Positions 54,772 through 64,000 of a stretch of DNA of 64,000 nucleotides are shown piece after piece. The stretch is taken from assembly GCF_009914755.1 (NCBI RefSeq), contig NC_060926.1; one strand, written 5' to 3'. The stretch comes from the human T2T-CHM13v2.0 reference genome, Homo sapiens. Within the stretch, counting starts at the first letter, position 1. Each line of letters begins with the position of its first letter. A model generated the notes under the pieces. That model was not told where the DNA came from. It ran no database searches and was given only the letters and a program-made list of their open reading frames with translations. Both the position numbers and the translations under genes were made by a program.

Positions 54772-55825
54772 TATCAGGGAAACCAGCCCCCAATATTTCA
54801 ATGTAGATTCTTTCTATTTTCCCTAAGTGTCAGCCAGTCTGATAAATAAAGAGAAAGAGTACAAAGAGAGAAATTTTACAGCTGGGCCTCTGGGGGTGTC
54901 ATCACATATTGGTAGGACCACGAAGACAACCCCAAGCCACAAAACCAGCAAGTTTTTATTAGGGATTTTAAAACTGGAGGGGTTGTACAAACAGGGAGTA
55001 GGTCACAAGGATCACATGCTTCAAAGGGCGATAAAGATTACAAGGCAAGGCAAAATTAGAATTACTGATGAGGGTCTATGTCCTGCTGTGCATGCATTGT
55101 CTTGATAAACATCTTAACAGGAAACAGCGTTTGAGAGCAGACAACTGGTCTGACTAGAATTTACCAGGTTGGAATTTCCCAATCCTAGTAAGCCTGAGGG
55201 TACTGCAGAAGACCAGGGCATATTTCAGTCCTTATCTCAACCGCATAAGACAGACACTCCCAGAGTGGCCATAGACAGACCTACCCCCAGGAATGCATTC
55301 CTTCCCCAGGGTTACTCCTTGCTGGGAAAAGAATTCAGCGATATTTCTCCTACTCGCACGTCCATCTATAGGCTTTCTGCAGGAAGAAATATATGGCTCT
55401 ATTTTGCCCGACCCCGCAGGCAGTCAGACCTTGTGGTTATCTTCCTTTGTTCCCTGAAAATCACTGTTATTCTGTTCTTTTTCAGGGTGCATTGATTTCA
55501 TATTGTTCAAACACACGTTTTACAATCCATTTGTACAATAGTGGTCCTGAGGTGACGTACATTTTCAGCTTAAGAAGATAATGTGATTAAGAGAATAAAG
55601 TAAAGACAGGCATAAGAAATTACAAGAGTATTGATTGGGGAAGTGATAAATATCCATGAAATCTTCACAATTTATGTTTGGAGACTGCAGTAAAGACAGG
55701 TGTAAAAAATTATAAAAGTATTAATTTTGGGAACTGATAAATGTCCATGAAATCTTCACAATTTATGTTCTTCTGTCTTGGCTCCAGCTGGTCCCTCCGT
55801 TCGGGGTCCCTGACTTCCCGCAACA
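54772..55825 (-). mobile_element. MER11 (MER11C-like; HERV-K11/HML-8) solo LTR
   Basis: Right end GGTCCCTCCGTTCGGGGTCCCTGACTTCCCGCAACA is the reverse complement of the MER11 start; 1054 bp; perfect 6-bp TSD AACAAT (54766-54771 and 55826-55831). Confidence 0.95.
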
Positions 55826-57499
55826 AACAATGGACCTAATATATATTTACAGAGCATTTCATTGAAAAGCTACAAAATATACATTTTTCTCCCCAGCACA
55901 TGGATCATTTTCAAGAAGAAGCCATTTATTAGGTCACAAAACAAGTCTTACAACATTTTAAAAAGTTGAAATATCAAGCATTTTCTCTGACCTTATGGAA
56001 TAAAACTAAAAATCAATGATGAGGAATTTTGGAAAGGATATAAACATGTGGAAATTAAATAATATGCTCTTGAATGACCAGTGAGTCAATAAAAATATTA
56101 ATAAGAAAATTGAAAAATTTCCTGTAATAAATGAATAATGGAAACACAACATCCCAAAACCTATGGGATCCAGTGATTGCAGTACTAAATGGGAAAGTTA
56201 AAGCTACAAGTGACTATGTCATAAATGAAAAACTTCAAATAAACAATCTAATGATGCATCTTAAAGAGCTAGAAAATCAAGAGTAAATTGATCTAAGACC
56301 TATTACCAAAAAATTAAAGATTAGAGCAGAAATGAATAAATTTGAAAAGGAGAAAAAATACAAAAGATCAATGAAGGAAAAATTTAGTTTTTTAAAAAGC
56401 TAAACAAAATTGGCAAACCTTTATCCAGTCTAAGAAAAAAAAGAGAGAATACCAAAACAAATAGAATCAAAGATAAAAAATGAGACATTAAAACTGCAGA
56501 AATCATACTGCAGAAATTGAAAGGATCATTAGTGTATGGTATGAGCAACTATATTCCAATAAGTTGGAAAAATCTAAAAGAAATGGATAAATTCCTAGGC
56601 ACATAAAACCTACCAAGATTAAACCATGAAGAAATTCAAAACCTGAAGAGATAAATAAAAGGTAACAATATAGAAACCACAATAAAAAGTCTTCCAGTAA
56701 GAAAAAGGCTGGAACCTGATGACTTTACTGCTGATTCTACCAAACATGTAAAGAATAAATACCAATCTTACTCAAACTCTTCCAAAAAATAGAAGAGGGA
56801 ATACTACCAAACCCATTTTATGAGGCCAGTATTACCCTGATACCAAAAACAGACAAGGACACATCAAAAAAAGAAAAATACAGGTCAATATCTCTGATGA
56901 ATATTGATGCAAAAATTCTCAACAAAATACTAACAAACCAAATTCAATGAGAAAGAGATAATTCCTCGTGACCAAGTGGGATTTATTCCGGGGATGCAAG
57001 GATGGTTGAACATAACCAAATCAATCAATGTGATATATCATATCAACAAAATGAAGGACAAAAACCATATGATAATTTCAATTAATGCTGAAAAAGCATT
57101 TGATAAAGCTCAACATCCCTTCATCATGAAAGCCCTCAAAAAACTGGTTATACAAAAAGCATACCTCAACATAAAAAAGCCATATAATGCAAACCCACAG
57201 CGAGTATTTTACTGAATGGGGAAGAAAATGAAAGTTTTTCCTCTTAGATTTGAAACAGAACAAGGTGGCTCACTTTCACTACTATTGTTACATCGTCATA
57301 TTTCAACATAATACTGAAAATCTTAGCTACAGCAATTGGACAAGCGAAAGAAACAAAGGGCATCCAAATTGGAAATGAAGAAGTCAAATTATCCTTGTTT
57401 GAAAATGATAACTTGTATTTGTAACAACCTAAAGAAACTATCAAAAAACTACTAGACTGATAAATTCAGTAAAGTTGCAAGTTCAAAATTAACACAGAA

Positions 57500-57640
57500 A
57501 AACATTCAAATTGGGTTTGGTGTATACTTCCTGGGTGTTGGGTGCACCAAAACCTCACAAATCACCACCAAAGAACTTACTAATGTAACCAAATGCCACC
57601 TGTTCCCCAAAAACTTATGAAAATTTAAAAAAATAAAAAA
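57500..57640 (+). mobile_element. L1PB1-like short 3' end nested in L1MA2 ORF2
   Basis: CAAATTGGGTTTGGTGTATAC...GGGTGCACCAAAACCTCACAAATCACCACCAAAGAACTTACTAATGTAACCAAA...CACCTGTTCCCCAAAAAC and an A tail; host ORF2 resumes afterwards. Confidence 0.88.
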
Positions 57641-59779
57641 CAACATAAAAAATCAGTAGCATTTCTATATGCCAATAGTGAACAATCTGAAAAAGAAATA
57701 AAAAAGTAATCCCATTTACAAGTCACAAATAAAATACCTAGGAATTAACCAAAGAAGTGAAAGGTCTCCACAAAGAAAACTATAAAACACTGCTGAAAGA
57801 AACTGAAGAGGACACAGAAATGAAACAATATTCCATGTTCATGGATTGAAAGAATCGGTATCATTAAAATGTCTATACTATCCGAAGCAATCTACACATT
57901 CAGTGAAATTGCTATCAAAATACCAATGACATTCTTTAAAAAAATAGAAAAAAGCAATCCTGAAATATATATGGAATCACAGAAGACCAAGACTATTAGA
58001 AGATATCCTGAAAAAAGAGAACAAAACTGGCGGATCAACATTACCTGACTTCAAATAATGCTATACAGATATAGTAACCAAAACATCATGGTACTGGCAG
58101 AAAAACAGACACATTGGGCCAATGAAATAGAATAGAAAACTCAGAAATAAATCCATACATCTAAGGTGAACTCATTCTCAACAAAATGCCAAGAATATGC
58201 ATTGGGGAAAACACAGTCTCTTCAATAAATGGCCCTGGGAAAACTGGATATCCATGTACAGAAGTATGAAACTTGATCCCTATCTTGCCTTATACAAAAA
58301 TCGAATCAAAATACATTAAAAATTTAAATCTAGGGCCTCAAACTATGAAACTACTACAAAAAATAATTGGAGAAACTCTCCAGGACATTGGTCTGGATAA
58401 AAATTTATTGAGTAATGCCCTGCAAGCACAGGCAACTAAAGCAAAAGGACAAATAGAATCCCATCAACTTTAAAGCTTCTGTACAGGAAAAGAAACAATT
58501 AACAAATTGAAGAGACAACCCATAGAATGAGAGAAATTATTTGCAAAATACCCATCTGATAAGGGATTAATTATCAGAATATATAAGGAGCTCAAACAAC
58601 TGTGTGGGTAAAAACCTAGTAATCCTATTAAAAATGGACAAGGGATTTGAATAGACATTCCTCGAAAGACATACAAATGGAAAACAGGCATATTAAAAAG
58701 TACTCACTATCGTTGATCAGTAGAGAAATGCAAACCAAAACTGCAATGAGATGCCAAAATGACTTATATCCAAAAAGTATGCAACAACAAATCCTGGCGA
58801 GGATGTGAAGAAAAGGGAACTCTTGTTCATTATTGGTAAGACTGTAAATTAGTACAGCCCCTATGGAGAACAGTTTGGAGGTTCCTGTGAAAACTAAAGC
58901 TAATGCTACTGTATGATCCAGCAATCCCACTGCTGGTTATATATCCAAAAGAAAGGAAATGAATATATATCTGCACTTCCATGTGTGTTGCAGCACTGTT
59001 CACCATAGCCAAGATGTGGAAGCAACTAAGTGTCCATCAGCAGGTGAATGAATAAAGAAAATGTGGTACTTATACACAATGGAATATTATTCAGTCATAA
59101 AAAATAATGAGATTCTGTCATTTGCAACAACATGGATAGAATCAGAAGACTTCATGTTAAGTGAAATGAGCCAGGTACAGAAAGACAAACATTGTATGTC
59201 CTCACATATTTGAGAGATGTAAAACTGAAAACAATTGAACTAATTGACATAGAGAATAGCAGGCTGGTTACTAGAGGCTGAAAAGAGTAGTGCAGGTTCA
59301 GAGGGGAGGTGGGAATGATTAATGGTTACAAATAATAACAATAATAATAATAAGTGGCTAGAAAGAACTAATAAGAACTAGTATTTAATAGTACAACAGG
59401 ATGGCTACAGTCAATAATAGCTTAATTGTACATTTAAAAATAACAAAAAGAATATTATTGAATTGCTTGTAACACAAATAATAATGCTAAAGGGGATGAA
59501 TACCCAATTTTCCATGATGTGATTATTAAGCCTGCATCAAAATATCTCACGTACCTCATAAATATATACACCTACTTATTTACCCACAAACTTTTTAAAA
59601 AAAATTGGTAGTGAATTCAGCAATGAGAACCAATTTTTAGAAAATAAACGTAAGGAGAAAGGATTTTAATTTAGTCCAACATATGATAATAATAGTAATT
59701 CTACCAACATTTATTTTAATGTAAAATATATTAGAGTTTATGCTATAGTTTTTTATATTTGCAAATATATTTCATCATC

Positions 59780-59930
59780 ACAATAATGTATATAGGTAGT
59801 TACTAACCATTTTCCCCACGATAAAGTTTGTGCAACTTCCCCAATGCTAGCTAGCCAATAAGTGGCAGAATCTGAACATGGACCTAAGACTGTGCATCCA
59901 AAGAGCTGACTCTCAATGCTCTCTATAGGG
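59780..59930 (-). mobile_element. MIR fragment
   Basis: GCAACTTCCCCAATGC...ATAAGTGGCAGAATCTGAACATGGACCTAAG. Confidence 0.5.
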
Positions 59931-62496
59931 AAAAACATTTTAGTACTTATGTAGAAGTTCTGTAAGAGACAGAAGATTAAAGAATTAAAACCAAAAATCA
60001 TCTAGGTATTAGAGTAGGGATGCATGTAAAAATTTCTAATTTTAATCTAGATATTGCCTATACACGTCAAAAAATAAATTTAAAAGTTAAAAAAATTCAA
60101 TTGATACTTTTGTAACCTCAGACACATCCAAGCCAGCCCCAGCCTACCTAGTGAACCAAGTTACAGAACCACAACAAATAAGTGAACTGTAAAACTGGTT
60201 TCTGAAATTTTGGAATCTCAATGCTCACAGAAGAGAATATATTACTAGACATCACTTGATAATTCATGTATTTTGCAAAAAATAAAAAATCAATTTTCTT
60301 CTTCTTTTCAACTCCAACTTTCTGTATTTTGCAAACATCATACATTTCTCTGCAATTTCTGTTCAAAAATATTTCAAATAATCTGGAAACCTAAACAAAG
60401 AGAATTTTGCCCATTATAGTACAATTTTGATGGGTGGTCACATATAATGGAAAATAAATTTTCTTAATATTGACCCTAGATACACTGATGAACTTGGTAT
60501 TTTTGCAACCAATAAATACATATCAAATTAAAGTTAGAATAAGTGTAGCGTGAACCGTGTTTTTTATTTGTTGGATCAAAGAGGCAGAAGAGTGCAGTAG
60601 TTTCAAGCATAGCCTTTACAGTTACACAGACCTTAATCAGAAGGCTCCTCGAAGAACTCTGAAAATGAACTTGAGCATATCATTATGTCTTTGCTTCAGC
60701 AGCATCTTCATCTGTATATTTAAGGTGCTGATGGACCAATTGCAGGACCTTTCTCAAGACTGAAACAGATAACATAGTTACTATCTTTGACACTTACTAC
60801 ATTATAAATATATTATTATATTATGACCTGAGCATAAAATATAAAATACAAATATTCAAATTATAAGCACTAATTGATAAATGACAGCATCCTAGTTTAT
60901 AGCACAAGCCACAGTCTTTCATAAAGAAGTTCATATTTGAAATGAGGAGACATATACTTCACCTCTTTTAGTTTTAAAATTTATATAAGCAATAAAGGTC
61001 AATTCATCACATGTACATAACAATTGCTCTTGTGGTACAGCACAGGTATATTGAGGAAGAAATGTAATAAAATAGGTTTTTGAACTTTAGGAATAAAGGC
61101 AAAAACTTATTTGCTATTAAAATGACCCAGTGTGGAGTTCAAGAAACTCTGGAGAATTGAGCCAACTCTGCAGATTAAATGACAAACCAGGATTCTGTTT
61201 CCTAACAGGGGATATGCCCTTGGTTTCAGTAGACTATGAATGAGTGTCCAAATGTCTGTGAGAGAAGGAATTTATAAATTGAAATAAGATATCTTGGCAC
61301 AAGGCTTTGCAGATACATATTGACGAAAAAAGGATAGATGCTGGTTGGGTACCAAGACACCCTGTGAGATGGCAGTTCCCATGGTGATATCTACAATCTG
61401 CTGGACTGCAGCCCTCCAGGCTCTGGAACTTAGATTTGTCAACACCCCTGTTTGATGGGATTTTTAGATGCCAGTTCATGCTAACAAATTTCATGAGACC
61501 AATGTTTAAGACTAACATGTCAACCAAAAAATTCACAATAAACAGAAACAGAACTGCAAAACATGCCGGCATGTTGCATAAAAGACACCAAAACATTCGC
61601 TCTCTAGTGGAAGATTACATTTACAGGAAGATGAATGGTATTTGGTACTTCAATATCCGTTTAACACATTTCTTTATGTATTCAAAACCCTAAATTCCAG
61701 CTATACACATGACCATCCAGATAACAACTTTTGTGCAGCTTGACCGTATATTAAATAAACATATTATGTGCAGTTGGCCATATTGTGCAGTTGGCCACAT
61801 ATTAAAAATCTTACCAATATTTCTATGGAAGAACTTTATAAGTAACATCTGAGGAAAGAGTTATACAATGCAATATTAGGTGGGCTAAACATGGAGTGAT
61901 AGGAGAGAGAACATTCACATTCCCCTAGAGGATTTTAGTCACATAGTGAGACTGTCAAAAAAATAAATTTGAAGAATTCTGTAATCCTACCACAAGGAGC
62001 TTCAATATTAGCCCTATGCTGTTTAGTCTGGGCTGATTCGATAAAGAGAGAAATAAGCTTCTATCCTTTTAAGTTATTGATGCTTTGCCCTTTGCTACAA
62101 ATAGCCAAATAAATTTCCTAACTAATAACCATATTGGCATAATTTCAAGTTCTTGAGGTGATGAACCTCTGTCCAATTCATGTAATATCTGGACCAGTTG
62201 TAAGTGCAATGGAAGTAGAGAGAAGTTTGCAGTCAATGAGTTTTTGAGGAATTAGGGAGGTATGTATAGGAAAGGTTGACAAGAGGGAGCCATGCTGAGC
62301 AAAGGACAAAGAGGAAATGAGCTTGGTATATAGTGAGAATAGTGTGGAGCCTATTACGCCTGAAGCAATAAGGCTCATTTAGCAGACACTGTCATATAAA
62401 TGAGGCTGGAACACTCTAATTATTAGCTAGAACATTTTATTTACTAAAGTATTTTGCTTTTTTTCATAATTCTGAAATACTTCCAGAAAGCATGTG

Positions 62497-62559
62497 CAAT
62501 GAAGAAATTGAGAAATTGATTACAGATACAATGAAGAAATTGAGAAATTAATTACAGAT
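62497..62559. repeat. 32-bp tandem duplication (2 copies)
   Basis: CAATGAAGAAATTGAGAAATTGATTACAGATA followed by CAATGAAGAAATTGAGAAATTAATTACAGAT. Confidence 0.92.
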
Positions 62560-63819
62560 CCTTATGACCTATTTCACTTATCTGTTTCCTTATTTACTTT
62601 GCCATACATTCCTGTAGGCCCATAGAGAAATCCAGTACTGTAAAGTAAATGGAAGCTTGCATTCAGAATGGTTCATCATTAGCAGTTTCTTTTTTCAGTG
62701 AATGGAAGAGTTCAACATAAAAATAATTTTGTAAGCACACATTCAGAAGAAGTTATTTGAAGAAGCTTCTTTCTGCCATATGCACCTATACATCCAAAGA
62801 GATATCCAGCCCTGAATGGAATTTGTCTACAAAATAAATCCAGAGAGGGCATTTGGAGGCACAAAGGACAGTGACAGGAACATAGAATATAACTGCTCAG
62901 CTCCTTTAAGCTCTTAAGAGGAAAACTGTTACATAAATCCCATCAAATAAAGCATGTATATGTGAGCTTCACACTAGAAGTTTGGAAATGATTCATAATT
63001 TCAGATAGCTTCATCCTGCCAATTGTCTGAAATAAAACTCTGTTTTCCCACTGATGATTAATCATATTCAAAAATAGGAGAGCTTAAAGCAATGGGTAAA
63101 AATAGGAAGAGAAAATGAAGAACACAAGGGTCATAGATAAAAATGTAATTTTTGTAGAAAGATTAGGTAACTTTCCCTCTTGTTTTTTTTTAAGCTATTC
63201 TCTAAATCAAAGTCATCTGGGTTAGAGGGACTTTGTTTTTCTCTGTCTGTGCCTTTTTCAAGACAATACCATGTGATGTGGTTAATATATGTCCACCTTA
63301 ATCTCTACTTAATCTGCTTATACACGACAGAGAATGATAAACCCAGAAAGAATCAATTCCTGAGAATCACTTCTCTTTCCCTTTGACTCATTGATTCAGG
63401 TTAGCTTCAAGATGATCTCCCAATGAAAATACTGCATGTGTTTTATAAACATAGGGTTTCCTGTATTTGACGACTATTCAAAAGTACTTGATGAAGACTA
63501 AACATTTATTGAAGAATTAGAATATTTACTTTAATCAGATGACATCGTCTTGTCTCCTTTAATCCTTGTGAGATATTTATTGCCACGTTAAGTAATTTTC
63601 TGAAGATCTTGCAGTTGGAATGTGACAGTGCTAGAATACATGCCCAATGTTCCCCAACCCTTGTAAGTCCACAGTTTAGGGGCCACATATTGCTACTTCT
63701 CTCCATCTTGAAACAAAATCTGCAGTCACCTGTAGATTAGGGATATTTACATATTACTCTTCCCTCTCTCCCTACAAAAACATACATGTTCTCTCATCAG
63801 AGGTTACAGGCTCACAGCA

Positions 63820-64000
63820 ATGAGAGATACTGACAACCACTGGAAGGTTTTGAAGTTGAAAGATATTATCTAACCTTTAACAGGATCTTTTTGGCTGTTA
63901 GCTTGAGAGGAGACTTGAGGGATACAAGCATAGAAACAGGAAGATGTATTAAGATTCAATGTCTTATATACAGCAATAGAAACAGTAAGAACTAATAAGA
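63820..64000 (-). mobile_element. L2 fragment
   Basis: CCACTGGAAGGTTTTGAAG...CTTTAACAGGATCTTTTTGGCTGT...GAAACAGGAAGA. Confidence 0.6.

Larger units (their letters stand above)
54256..59220 (+). pseudogene. L1 ORF2p (endonuclease/reverse transcriptase) remnant
   Basis: Endonuclease start AATAACATTAAATGTAAATGGACTAAAC (ITLNVNGLN); RT segment [43 protein letters not shown] at 56976; many stops and frameshifts. Confidence 0.9.

Noticed and set aside
55598-55770. Two-copy repeat of ~90 bp inside MER11
   Set aside because: Internal tandem repeats are a normal part of the MER11 consensus.

Overview
AT-rich, CpG-depleted primate (human-like) intergenic or intronic DNA. I find no recognisable protein-coding gene, RNA gene, CpG island or CRISPR array. 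The supplied ORFs are chance ORFs or translations of transposon remnants. Roughly half the window is recognisable interspersed repeat: nine Alu elements, a near full-length ~9 kb L1MA2-like LINE (50630-59605) carrying a nested Alu, a MER11 solo LTR and an L1PB1 3' end, a complete two-LTR THE1A MaLR element (26864-29163), several MLT1 LTRs, MER39, LTR33, a MER44 DNA transposon, and old L1M/L2/MIR relics. The main signal these annotations do not explain is a set of short local sequence copies: a 92-bp 98%-identical inverted copy, a 56-bp direct copy, a 209-bp ~95%-identical copy of part of the L1 5'UTR lying 2.3 kb outside the L1, and near-perfect hairpins. They look like scars of template-switching or templated-insertion repair. 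I see no evidence for a new biological system. Subfamily calls come from remembered consensus sequences, and boundaries of old elements are approximate.
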